This document shows, in pieces, positions 1-9,162 of a DNA stretch of 64,000 nt (positions are counted from its first letter, which is position 1; every line of letters begins with the position of its first letter). The stretch comes from an uncultured Lachnospiraceae bacterium. Its GTDB lineage: Bacteria > Bacillota > Clostridia > Lachnospirales > Lachnospiraceae. The DNA lies in assembly GCA_900554925.1 (NCBI GenBank), contig USJG01000001.1:21182-85181 (forward strand). Reading direction: 5' to 3'. The position numbers and the translations under genes were made by a program. Below the pieces are notes generated by a model. The model saw only the letters and a program-made list of their open reading frames with translations. It was not told where the DNA came from and searched no databases.

Positions 1-1
1 G

Positions 2-1408
2 AATTTTGTATTTGCTTCCGACGTGGGATGTATTGCAGTAATGGAGGGATTTCACAATCCAATTAACCGTGACGTGCTGGACCTTTACTTTGTGCATGGT
101 TACATTCCGGCCCCTTATTCCATTTATGAAGGGATTTATAAGCTGGAACCCGGAACTATATTAAAAATCAAATCACCATTTAATAATTGGGAAATTCAAC
201 CCTACTGGTCTATGAAAGAAGCTGCCCGCAAAGGCCAGGAAAATTTGTTTAAAGGCACCCCCAGGGAAGCGGCAGATGAACTGGAGCGATTGCTGAAGGA
301 AGCTATTTCCCAGCAGATGGTGGCAGATGTGCCTGTAGGCGCATTTCTGTCGGCGGGCATTGACAGCAGTACGATCGTGGCATTGATGCAATCCTTAAAT
401 CATGGAAAAGTAAAGAGCTTTACCATTGGCATGGAAGAAGAAAAGTATAACGAAGCAGTTTATGCCAGGGAGATTGCGCGGCATCTCGGCACGGAGCATA
501 CGGAGCTGTACATTACGGATCAGGATGCAAGAGCAGTGATTCCCAGGCTGGGTTATATGTTTGGCGAACCCTTTGCTGACTCTTCCCAGATACCCACGTA
601 CCTTGTCAGTAAGATGACCAGGGATCATGTAACAGTATCCTTAAGCGGCGATGGAGGGGATGAGCTTTTCTGCGGCTATACCTCCTACGTTTCTGTGGAA
701 CGGATATGGAATAAGATGAAGGGAATTCCTTATTTTATCCGTAAACCCTGCAGCAGCCTGGTGCTTCATAGTCCTCTTAAAAGAAATCCGATCTACAAAG
801 TGAAGGGAAAGCTTTTAGGGGCCAAAGGGCCTGTTGATTTGTATCTTCGCTCTATAGATACGGAGCCATTGGCGGAGAAAATCAGTCTTACCCATAAGAA
901 TATCAGCTATAAATATAATGAGTATGAAGAGGATTTTCTGGCGGAAGCCAATCATAACATTATGCTGATGAATATGCTTATGTATCATCCCGATGATATT
1001 CTGGTAAAGGTTGACCGCGCCGCAATGGCAGTTTCTCTTGAAACCAGGGTACCCATGCTGGATAAGGATGTAGTGGAATTTGCCTGGACGCTGCCTGTAG
1101 ATTATAAGCGGGGAGAGGGCGTGGGCAAAAAAGTACTTCGCGATGTGCTTTACCGTTACGTGCCCAGGGAGATGATGGAGCGTCCTAAAAAAGGATTTTC
1201 CATTCCCATTGACAAGTGGCTGCGCCAGCCTGAGCTTAGAGAGTGGGCTGAGGGCCTGATCCACAAAAGTACACTGACCAGTCAGGGAATATTGGATCCT
1301 GACGTAGTATGGAAAATCTGGGATGATTTTATAAATCACGGTGAGTGGAGAATACAGATTTGGTATATATTAATGTTCCAGCAGTGGTTATTGCAGGCAG
1401 GCCTGTAA
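2..1408 (+). CDS. asnB: Asparagine synthase (glutamine-hydrolysing) family amidotransferase, 5'-truncated; probable uronic acid amidation
   Basis: Motifs FLSAGIDSS, EPFADSS, SLSGDGGDELFCGY, KVDRAAMAVSLETRVP and RPKKGF; the frame is open back to the window start (NFVFASDVG...). Confidence 0.9.
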   Translation, partial: NFVFASDVGCIAVMEGFHNPINRDVLDLYFVHGYIPAPYSIYEGIYKLEPGTILKIKSPFNNWEIQPYWSMKEAARKGQENLFKGTPREAADELERLLKEAISQQMVADVPVGAFLSAGIDSSTIVALMQSLNHGKVKSFTIGMEEEKYNEAVYAREIARHLGTEHTELYITDQDARAVIPRLGYMFGEPFADSSQIPTYLVSKMTRDHVTVSLSGDGGDELFCGYTSYVSVERIWNKMKGIPYFIRKPCSSLVLHSPLKRNPIYKVKGKLLGAKGPVDLYLRSIDTEPLAEKISLTHKNISYKYNEYEEDFLAEANHNIMLMNMLMYHPDDILVKVDRAAMAVSLETRVPMLDKDVVEFAWTLPVDYKRGEGVGKKVLRDVLYRYVPREMMERPKKGFSIPIDKWLRQPELREWAEGLIHKSTLTSQGILDPDVVWKIWDDFINHGEWRIQIWYILMFQQWLLQAGL

Positions 1409-1426
1409 TGCGCGGGGGTTATAGCT

Positions 1427-2386
1427 ATGAATATAATCAGAATGTCAGGCGGACTTGGAAATCAAATGTTCCAGTATGCGTTATATCTGAAACTTAAGTC
1501 CATGGGAAAAGAAGTAAAATTTGATGATATTAATGAATACCGCGGCGAGAAAGCGCGTCCTATTATGCTGGCAGTATTTGGAATTGAGTATCCAAGAGCA
1601 ACATGGGATGAGATCACGGAATTTACTGACGGTTCCATGGATCTGCTTAAAAGGGTAAGAAGAAAGATATTTGGAAGACGGGCCATAGAGTATGAGGAGC
1701 AGGGCTTTTACGATCCCAGGGTGCTTACCTTTGAATCCATGTATCTGCGCGGCAGTTTTCAGAGTGAAAAGTATTTTGAAGATATTAAGGAGGAAGTCAG
1801 GGCTTTATATCAGTTTCCCACCCTTGAAGATATGCATCTGCCTGATAAATTAGATCAGGCCACAAGAGCCTGCCTTTCTGGCATAGAAAGCTGCGAATCG
1901 GTAGGGCTTCATATGTACCGCAGTGATTCCCGGACAGATGGAGAATTGTATGAAGGGATTTGTACAGAGAAATATTATGAGGGAGCAGTGCGTTATATAC
2001 AGGACAAGATTCCTGACGCAAAGTTCTACATATTCAGCAACGAGCCTAAATGGGTAAGAGGCTGGGTATCAGCACTGATTCAGAGCCAGATCCAGGAGGG
2101 CATGAGCCCTTATGAAGTAAAGGCCATGGAAAAGCGTTTTGTCATGGTGGAGGCCAATACGGAATATACAGGCTATCTGGATATGCTGCTTATGAGCAAA
2201 TGCAGGCATAATATTATCAGCAATTCCAGCTTCAGCTGGTGGTCTGCCTGGATCAACAGCAATCCGGATAAGATCGTTATAGCGCCGGACAGGTGGGTTG
2301 GCGATAAGGAAGGCGATGAAGTTTATACGGAAGGTATGACGCTTATTAATGAAAAGGGAAGAGTAAACCGTACGGTAAAAGGTTAA
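1427..2386 (+). CDS. GT11 alpha-1,2-fucosyltransferase-like protein with atypical donor motif
   Basis: GGLGNQMFQYA at N-terminus and ISNSSFSWWSAW near C-terminus; HxRRxD reads HMYRSD. Confidence 0.85.
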   Translation: MNIIRMSGGLGNQMFQYALYLKLKSMGKEVKFDDINEYRGEKARPIMLAVFGIEYPRATWDEITEFTDGSMDLLKRVRRKIFGRRAIEYEEQGFYDPRVLTFESMYLRGSFQSEKYFEDIKEEVRALYQFPTLEDMHLPDKLDQATRACLSGIESCESVGLHMYRSDSRTDGELYEGICTEKYYEGAVRYIQDKIPDAKFYIFSNEPKWVRGWVSALIQSQIQEGMSPYEVKAMEKRFVMVEANTEYTGYLDMLLMSKCRHNIISNSSFSWWSAWINSNPDKIVIAPDRWVGDKEGDEVYTEGMTLINEKGRVNRTVKG

Positions 2387-2389
2387 AAG

Positions 2390-3319
2390 ATGAACATTAT
2401 CAGAATGACAGGCGGTCTGGGAAATCAGATGTTTCAGTATGCTTTATATCTGAAACTGAAATTCCTGGGAAAAGAAGTTAAATTTGATGATCAAACAGAA
2501 TATGAAGGGAAAGAAGCCAGACCGATTCTGCTGTGGGCCTTTGGAATTGATTATCCGGCAGCCAGCCGGGAAGAGGTGAACAGCATCACAGACGGAAAAA
2601 TGGCTTTGACCTGCCGCATCAGGCGAAAGCTTTTTGGAAGAAAATCCATGGAATACCACGAAAAAAGCTGCAATTTTGATGAACAGGTTCTTATGAAAGA
2701 ACAGGCCTATCTCACCGGATATTTTCAAAGTGAAAAGTATTTTAAGGATATAGAACAGCAGGTCAGGGAGGCCTTTCGGTTTTCCAGTCAGATTTGGAGC
2801 GCCATTCCCAGGGAACTGGCACAGAAAATAAAAGAATATCAGGAAAAGATAGACGATCGGGAAAAGACAGCAGTCTCAGTTCATATCCGCAGAGGAGACT
2901 ACCTTGAAAATAAGGAGGTATATGGCGGTATTTGTACAGAAGAATACTATAAAAAGGCTATAGAAGTCATAAGGGAAAGTTTTCCGGCAGTTACTTTTTT
3001 TGTGTTCAGCAATGAAGCTAAGTGGGTGAGAGAGTGGATCAGGCGCACTTATGGTAAGGAAGAGGATTTTGTGGTGATAGAGGGGGCCACGGAGGATACA
3101 GGGTATCTGGATATGTTTCTGATGAGCAGATGCAGGGCTCATATCATAGCTAATTCCAGCTTTAGCTGGTGGGGGGCATGGCTCAATCCGGATAAGCAGA
3201 AAATAGTAATTGCACCTTCCAAGTGGGTAAATAATAAGGATATGGCTGATATTTACACACAGGAAATGATCAAGATTTCCCCGGACGGTAAACAGGTATT
3301 AATGAACTCGGAGAAATAG
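2390..3319 (+). CDS. GT11 alpha-1,2-fucosyltransferase
   Basis: GGLGNQMFQYA, YLTGYFQSEKYF, VHIRRGDY, IANSSFSWWGAW. Confidence 0.92.
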   Translation: MNIIRMTGGLGNQMFQYALYLKLKFLGKEVKFDDQTEYEGKEARPILLWAFGIDYPAASREEVNSITDGKMALTCRIRRKLFGRKSMEYHEKSCNFDEQVLMKEQAYLTGYFQSEKYFKDIEQQVREAFRFSSQIWSAIPRELAQKIKEYQEKIDDREKTAVSVHIRRGDYLENKEVYGGICTEEYYKKAIEVIRESFPAVTFFVFSNEAKWVREWIRRTYGKEEDFVVIEGATEDTGYLDMFLMSRCRAHIIANSSFSWWGAWLNPDKQKIVIAPSKWVNNKDMADIYTQEMIKISPDGKQVLMNSEK

Positions 3320-3331
3320 TAAAGGAATATT

Positions 3332-4351
3332 ATGGGTAAGAAGGATAATGAGGAAGAAAAACTGATTTCTATCATAGTAGCAGCATACAATATTGAAGCA
3401 TATTTGCCCAGATGTCTGGACAGCCTGATAAGTCAAAGCTATCAAAAACTTGAAATTATTGTGGTAGATGACGGTTCAGAAGACGATACGGGGAAGATTT
3501 GCGATCGATATGCAGAGAAGGATCCCCGTATCAAGGTGATCCATCAGGAAAATCAGGGGCTGTCAGGCGCCAGAAATACGGGGCTTTCCATTGCCACAGG
3601 AGATTATTTCGGTTATGTGGATGGGGATGACTGGACAGAACCTGACATGTATGGGGCAATGCTGAAGGCCTGTGAAGAGGAAGGCGCTCAATTGGCAGTC
3701 TGCTCTTACCAGAAAATTAAAAAAGAAAAGGCGCAGGAGCAGTACACACAAAAAAAGTATGTACTTACCAGGGACGAGGCTCTTGATACTTACATTTGTG
3801 ACAATAAATCCTATCATATATATAATTCTGTGTGGAGTAAGCTTTTCAGAAAAGATCTTGTAGAGAACATGAGGTTTCCGGTTGGCAAAAAATCCGAGGA
3901 TATTATGTACACCACCAAGGCATTGGTACACACAAATATTTGCGTGTTTTTGGATCAGCCATATTATAATTATGTGCTTGACCGTGAAGACAGCATTATG
4001 AACAATAAATTGCACGAGCGCAGATTTAATGACGAAATTCCCTTCTGGAAGGAACAGATAGAATACCTGAAGGATCAGGGGCTTGAAGAATTTTCAGAAA
4101 AGGCTTTTTATCATTTTTGCAGAAGGATGCTGTTTTATTTTGTGGAATTTAAAGATAAAAAAATGAAAGCCTCTGCACAGGAGATGGTGAAACTCTTAAA
4201 AAATGAAAAGGAAAAAATAAAGGAAATTTACAGGAAAGATTTTGTGGCTGTGGGAGATAAGGCGAGAATGAGAACATTTTTGCAAAGCCCCGGTATGTTT
4301 TATCATATTGTAAAGCTATATGAACAATTTATAATACCGCTGCGGCAGTGA
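3332..4351 (+). CDS. GT2 glycosyltransferase
   Basis: ISIIVAAYN, VVDDGSED, NQGLSGARN, YVDGDD. Confidence 0.92.
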   Translation: MGKKDNEEEKLISIIVAAYNIEAYLPRCLDSLISQSYQKLEIIVVDDGSEDDTGKICDRYAEKDPRIKVIHQENQGLSGARNTGLSIATGDYFGYVDGDDWTEPDMYGAMLKACEEEGAQLAVCSYQKIKKEKAQEQYTQKKYVLTRDEALDTYICDNKSYHIYNSVWSKLFRKDLVENMRFPVGKKSEDIMYTTKALVHTNICVFLDQPYYNYVLDREDSIMNNKLHERRFNDEIPFWKEQIEYLKDQGLEEFSEKAFYHFCRRMLFYFVEFKDKKMKASAQEMVKLLKNEKEKIKEIYRKDFVAVGDKARMRTFLQSPGMFYHIVKLYEQFIIPLRQ

Positions 4352-4375
4352 GTGATTCATTGCGGGCGGTATTTT
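4333..4375 (+). terminator. Putative intrinsic terminator hairpin overlapping the GT2 stop codon
   Basis: Inverted repeat AATACCGC (4333-4340) / GCGGTATT (4366-4373), with inner stem GCAGTGAG / TTCATTGC (two G-U pairs) and a short T run. Confidence 0.45.
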
Positions 4376-4382
4376 CCAGTGT

Positions 4383-4411
4383 TTGCCTATAAAAACAATG
4401 TATGATATAAT
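4383..4411 (+). promoter_or_regulatory. Sigma-A/sigma70 promoter with extended -10
   Basis: TTGCCT (4383-4388), 17 bp spacer, TATAAT (4406-4411) preceded by TGn; upstream of SD GAGGAG and ATG at 4454. Confidence 0.75.
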
Positions 4412-4453
4412 CTTAATAATTATGTTTATTCGGATTTGAGCAAGAGGAGTTTT

Positions 4454-6220
4454 ATGAATAAAACAAGTTTATTTGGAAAAATCAGTTATATTTTTGACAA
4501 AAAGCAAAAGCTTCAGCTGGTACTTTTGGGGTTTATGATTTTTATCGGAGGACTTTTAGAAACCCTGGGAGTAGGAGCCATGATGCCGGTAGTAACGGCG
4601 CTTCTTACGCCGGACAAGCTGCAGGGATATATTGACAAGTATGAAATTCTGGGAAATCTATGCAGCGCGCTTCATATCGAAGATGTGAAACAGCTTACGA
4701 TGGCACTATTGATTGGGCTTATGGCAGTTTACGTGATCAAGAACCTGTATATTCTGCTGCTGACCTATAGGCAGAATACCTTTATTACCCAGACCAGAAA
4801 TAAGATGATCAGCCGCGTGATGGCAGAGTTTTTAAACAGACCCTATGAGCAATATTTAGGGGCTGATATTCCTACCGTGTTCCGTATTACGGACAGTGAC
4901 ATTCCTCAGACCTTTTCGCTGATTCTTGCAATGCTGAATCTGGCCTCTGAGGTGGTGGTGTCTTTCCTCATCTTTTTAGTGCTGCTTTTTGCGAATGTGA
5001 CCATGACATTGTTTATTATAGTGGTGTTCGGTATTTTAACACTGTTTATCGTAAAGGTATTTAAGCCTAAGCTGAATAAGATCGGAGCGAGAAATCAGGG
5101 GATTCAGTCAAGGATTGCCAAGTGGAGAATCCAGGCCATTTATGGACTGAAAGATGTCAAGGTCTTAAATCGCGAAGAGTTTTTTGTGAGAAATTATTAC
5201 GAGAGCGGCAAGATAGGAGCAAATGTCGCCAGAAATTATGCAGTGCTCAACAATATGCCCAGACTGCTGATAGAAACTGTGTTTATTGTGAGTATGCTTG
5301 CGTTTATTGCGGTTTATATCAACAGCGGCGGGGATGTATCTGCCATGGTATCCACGATTTCCGCCTTTGCGGTGGCGGCAATCCGGGTCTTGCCCAGCGT
5401 GAATCGTATCAATACCTATATTACTGAAATTGCCTATACGCAGCCCAGCCTTGATTTTGTGTATGAAAATCTGCAGGAGGGCATGAAGACAGATGCCATG
5501 CTTGCAGAAAGAAGGGCAAATTCACAAAAGGAAAAGTTAAAGCTTGATAATAAGATCGAACTGAATCATATTACCTTTCATTATCCTGATTCGGAGAAAA
5601 ATATTTTTACGGACGCCCACATGGAGGTGCCCAGAGGCAAATCCGTAGGAATCATCGGCGCTTCGGGAGCAGGTAAATCCACGATCGTTGATGTGCTTTT
5701 AGGACTTTTACATGCTCAGGAGGGAGAAATCACCTGTGACGGCATTAATATTTTTAAAAACTATGAGTCCTGGCTGGCGCAGATTGGATATATCCCTCAG
5801 TCCATTTATCTGATTGACGAATCCATCCGGGATAATATCGCTTTCGGTATTGATGCGGATAAGATTGATGAAAAGCGTATCTGGGAGGTCTTAGAGGAAG
5901 CCCAGCTTAAGGAATTTGTGGAGGAATTGCCGGAAGGACTGGACACCACCATCGGCGACAGGGGAGTCAGATTGTCAGGCGGACAAAGACAGCGGATCGG
6001 TATTGCCAGAGCCCTGTACCATGATCCGGAAATTCTGGTGTTTGACGAGGCTACCTCTGCCCTTGACAATGATACGGAAGCGGCGGTTATGGAGGCGGTA
6101 AACAGCTTCCACGGCAAAAAGACCATGATTATTATCGCCCACAGATTAAACACCATTGAAAAGTGCGATATTGTTTATAAGGTTGAAAACGAGAAGCTGG
6201 TAGAAACCGCCTTGGATTAA
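4454..6220 (+). CDS. ABC transporter, fused permease/ATPase (MsbA/PglK/Wzk-type lipid-linked glycan flippase)
   Basis: N-terminal TM domain, Walker A GASGAGKST, LSGGQRQRIGIARA, FDEATSALD; start moved to ATG 4454 because of the SD. Confidence 0.88.
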   Translation: MNKTSLFGKISYIFDKKQKLQLVLLGFMIFIGGLLETLGVGAMMPVVTALLTPDKLQGYIDKYEILGNLCSALHIEDVKQLTMALLIGLMAVYVIKNLYILLLTYRQNTFITQTRNKMISRVMAEFLNRPYEQYLGADIPTVFRITDSDIPQTFSLILAMLNLASEVVVSFLIFLVLLFANVTMTLFIIVVFGILTLFIVKVFKPKLNKIGARNQGIQSRIAKWRIQAIYGLKDVKVLNREEFFVRNYYESGKIGANVARNYAVLNNMPRLLIETVFIVSMLAFIAVYINSGGDVSAMVSTISAFAVAAIRVLPSVNRINTYITEIAYTQPSLDFVYENLQEGMKTDAMLAERRANSQKEKLKLDNKIELNHITFHYPDSEKNIFTDAHMEVPRGKSVGIIGASGAGKSTIVDVLLGLLHAQEGEITCDGINIFKNYESWLAQIGYIPQSIYLIDESIRDNIAFGIDADKIDEKRIWEVLEEAQLKEFVEELPEGLDTTIGDRGVRLSGGQRQRIGIARALYHDPEILVFDEATSALDNDTEAAVMEAVNSFHGKKTMIIIAHRLNTIEKCDIVYKVENEKLVETALD

Positions 6221-6258
6221 AAAGCGTTAGAAACCATTTTGTTTATAGGAGCAGGCAG

Positions 6259-7296
6259 ATGTTAGGAACAGAATTATTAAAAGGGCAAGGGCTTGGCAAT
6301 CAACTTTTTTGCTATGTTACGACCAGATGTATTGCCATGGATAATCAATTGCCATTTAGTATTTTGGGAAGTGAAACGGTAGCCAATAATATGCATAGCA
6401 GTTGCGGTATGTATTTTATGGATCTGGATTATGGGATACCTTCAGCTAAGGAAGATTATGCTCAGATTTATAATGAGAAGGAAGACCGGATTTTTGTGGG
6501 GAATTCAAGACATGATCTGACCCATGGATGTTATGTGACAGGAGTAGACGAAAAGCTTCTGCATCCGGCAGACAATACGCTTCTTTATGGAAATATGCAG
6601 GCAGAAAGATATTATATCAGGCATAAAGAAGAAATCAGACAATGGCTTAAGGTCAAAGAGGAATACGATTGTATGGAGTACAGCAGGGATAATCTGTGCA
6701 TTCTTCATCTGCGCTGTAGCGACTATCTGGACTGTCCCGAGCTTTATCTGAGAAAGAAGTATTGGAAAGACGGTATCCGGAATATGAAGAAAATTAATCC
6801 GGATATGGAATTTGTGATCATAACCAATGATGTAAAGGAAGCAAATAAAATCCTTCCAGGTATTCCGGCTTATAATTTTGACCTTGCAAAGGATTATTCC
6901 ATTATCAAAAATGCAAAATATTTGCTGCTTTCTAATTCTTCCTTCGCCTATTTTCCTGCATTTACCAGTACTACGGTTAAGTATATACTGGCACCTAAGT
7001 ATTGGGCAAGACACAATGTTTCAAATGGTTACTGGGCATCGGAGCAGAATATTTATGAGGGATGGCATTATCAGGATAAAAAAGGTAAAGTTTTTACCTG
7101 GGAAGAATGTCTTGAGGAACTTAAGCAGTATAAAAAGAAATCCCCTTTGTATCAGAAACTGAATGTTCAGCCTAAAGGCTTGGCATTTATGTGGGAAGAA
7201 TTAAAAAGTAAAGTGCGTTATGGAAAGCATAGATGTTTAAGAATAGCGAGGAGCGTTATAAGAAGAATAAGGCTGTTTATAAAGAAGGCGGAATAG
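6259..7296 (+). CDS. Divergent GT11-like glycosyltransferase
   Basis: GQGLGNQLF, HLRCSDY and LSNSSFAYFPA resemble GT11 motifs I-III. Confidence 0.7.
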   Translation: MLGTELLKGQGLGNQLFCYVTTRCIAMDNQLPFSILGSETVANNMHSSCGMYFMDLDYGIPSAKEDYAQIYNEKEDRIFVGNSRHDLTHGCYVTGVDEKLLHPADNTLLYGNMQAERYYIRHKEEIRQWLKVKEEYDCMEYSRDNLCILHLRCSDYLDCPELYLRKKYWKDGIRNMKKINPDMEFVIITNDVKEANKILPGIPAYNFDLAKDYSIIKNAKYLLLSNSSFAYFPAFTSTTVKYILAPKYWARHNVSNGYWASEQNIYEGWHYQDKKGKVFTWEECLEELKQYKKKSPLYQKLNVQPKGLAFMWEELKSKVRYGKHRCLRIARSVIRRIRLFIKKAE

Positions 7297-7347
7297 TGGT
7301 TGCATTTCAAAGCTTACCAGTAACAGCAGCATGACGGAAAGGAAAGA

Positions 7348-8115
7348 ATGGAAAACTTAAACAATCAGAAACTGAAATTACCTAACGTAACCCTGGCGGC
7401 AATGACCAGTGTAAAAATATATGAGACCATCAAGGCTTTGGAATACAGTATGCGGGGGATCGAGTTTGGCCAGGTGGTTTTAATTACCCATAGAAAGCCC
7501 TTAAATCTGCCTGAAACGATTACCTACAGGCATACCTCCAAACTCACGGACATTGATTGTTTTAATTACAAGATTGCTTATGAGCTGGGAAACTATATCC
7601 ATACAGATTATGTGCTTTTGATTCACTATGACGGATTTGTGGTACATCCTGAGAAATGGCAGGACCGGTTTTTGGACTATGATTATATCGGTTCGCCATG
7701 GCCTGTACCGGCACCTGGCAAGGTGCACAGCTATCACGATATTTATGGCAATCTGTGCAGAGTGGGAAACAGCGTATCTTTGCGGAGCAAACGATTCCTG
7801 GATTTCCCTGGAAAGGCAGGCCTTAAATGGGAAAGAGATGAGGAAGGGTTTTACAATGAGGATATTTTCCTTTGCTGTATGAACAAGCACAGATTTGAGG
7901 AGGCTGGAATGAAATTTGCACCCGTTGAGCTGGCGGCGCAGTTTGGACATGAGCATCCCGTACCGGAGGTCCTGGAAGTGGACGCTCCCTTTGTTTTCCA
8001 TAAATGGTGGGGAAGAAACAGCCAGTATCCGGTATTTCAAAATCCATGGACCAGAAGATGGTTAAAGTTCAAGGATATAGTAAGACCGCTTTTGTTCTGG
8101 CGGCACCTGAAATAA
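7348..8115 (+). CDS. DUF5672-family protein (probable GT-A-like enzyme)
   Basis: DGFVVHPEKWQDRFLDYDYIGSPWP, VGNSVSLRSKR, NEDIF, FVFHK. Confidence 0.7.
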   Translation: MENLNNQKLKLPNVTLAAMTSVKIYETIKALEYSMRGIEFGQVVLITHRKPLNLPETITYRHTSKLTDIDCFNYKIAYELGNYIHTDYVLLIHYDGFVVHPEKWQDRFLDYDYIGSPWPVPAPGKVHSYHDIYGNLCRVGNSVSLRSKRFLDFPGKAGLKWERDEEGFYNEDIFLCCMNKHRFEEAGMKFAPVELAAQFGHEHPVPEVLEVDAPFVFHKWWGRNSQYPVFQNPWTRRWLKFKDIVRPLLFWRHLK

Positions 8116-8161
8116 AGGAATCTTCCGGGCTCAAAGAAGAATTTGAAATGAGGAATAAAGG

Positions 8162-9103
8162 ATGGTATATGATTGCATTCCATTTTTTAATGAACTGGAT
8201 ATTTTAAAGCTCCGGCTTCACATTCTGGACCCCATTGTAGACAAGTTTATTATTGAGGAAGCCACAGTTACCTTTTCGGGGGAGCCTAAGGAGCTTTGTT
8301 TTGAAAAGAACAAAGCAATGTTTCAGCAGTTTCTTCCAAAGATTGAATATATTGTGGTGGAGGATTCCCCGAAGGAAGCCTCTACCCATGAAAGGGATAA
8401 GTTCCAGAAAAATGCGCTGGCTAAGGGGCTTACAGGAGCAGCTGATGAGGACGTTATTATTCTCAGTGATGTAGATGAAATTCCCAACCCCAGGGCGCTT
8501 GAAACTATTATTGCAGACTTTGATCCCGATAAGATCTATCATCTGGCACAGAGAATGTTTTATTGCTTTATAAACATGGAAGAGGTGTCGGGCAATCTGC
8601 TTTCCATCACGGGAGATTTTCCGGGAGTGGAGAAAAAGATGTGGCTTGGAACTAAAGTGTTTAGTAAAAAAAGTATCCCGGAAAAGGGAATTATCGAGTT
8701 AAGACAAGCGCCTACCACAGCGCCAAACGCAGTGCGGGTGGCAGAGGGCGGCTGGCATTTTGGCTATATGGGAAGCAGACAGGAGACTGACGTTTCCAGA
8801 AGAATCGGCACTAAGGTAGTGGCTGCGGCCCATCAGGAATATAACAATGCCGACACGCTGGCAGAGGCCAGGGATAAGCTGATCATGGGCCAGGATATTT
8901 TTGGAAGAGACGCCAGGTTTAAGCGGGTGGAAGTGGATGAGAGCTACCCGGAATATCTATTGAAGCACATAGAAGAGTACAGGTATCTGATCATGCCGCC
9001 TATAAGCAGAGGCAGACAGATTTACACGGGAATTTCCATGAAGGCAAAACGATTTTTCAGAAAGGCAGTAAGAAAAGTAAAGCGTACTTTCATAAAAGCG
9101 TAA
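8162..9103 (+). CDS. GT17 beta-1,4-N-acetylglucosaminyltransferase (GnT-III/MGAT3-like)
   Basis: YDCIPFFNELDILKLRL, TFSGEPK, ILSDVDEIP, GGWHFGY. Confidence 0.82.
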   Translation: MVYDCIPFFNELDILKLRLHILDPIVDKFIIEEATVTFSGEPKELCFEKNKAMFQQFLPKIEYIVVEDSPKEASTHERDKFQKNALAKGLTGAADEDVIILSDVDEIPNPRALETIIADFDPDKIYHLAQRMFYCFINMEEVSGNLLSITGDFPGVEKKMWLGTKVFSKKSIPEKGIIELRQAPTTAPNAVRVAEGGWHFGYMGSRQETDVSRRIGTKVVAAAHQEYNNADTLAEARDKLIMGQDIFGRDARFKRVEVDESYPEYLLKHIEEYRYLIMPPISRGRQIYTGISMKAKRFFRKAVRKVKRTFIKA

Positions 9104-9162
9104 GCCGGAAGATAAAATAGGCGGATATATCTATATTAACAGGCAGCAGGTTGAGGTGCAAA

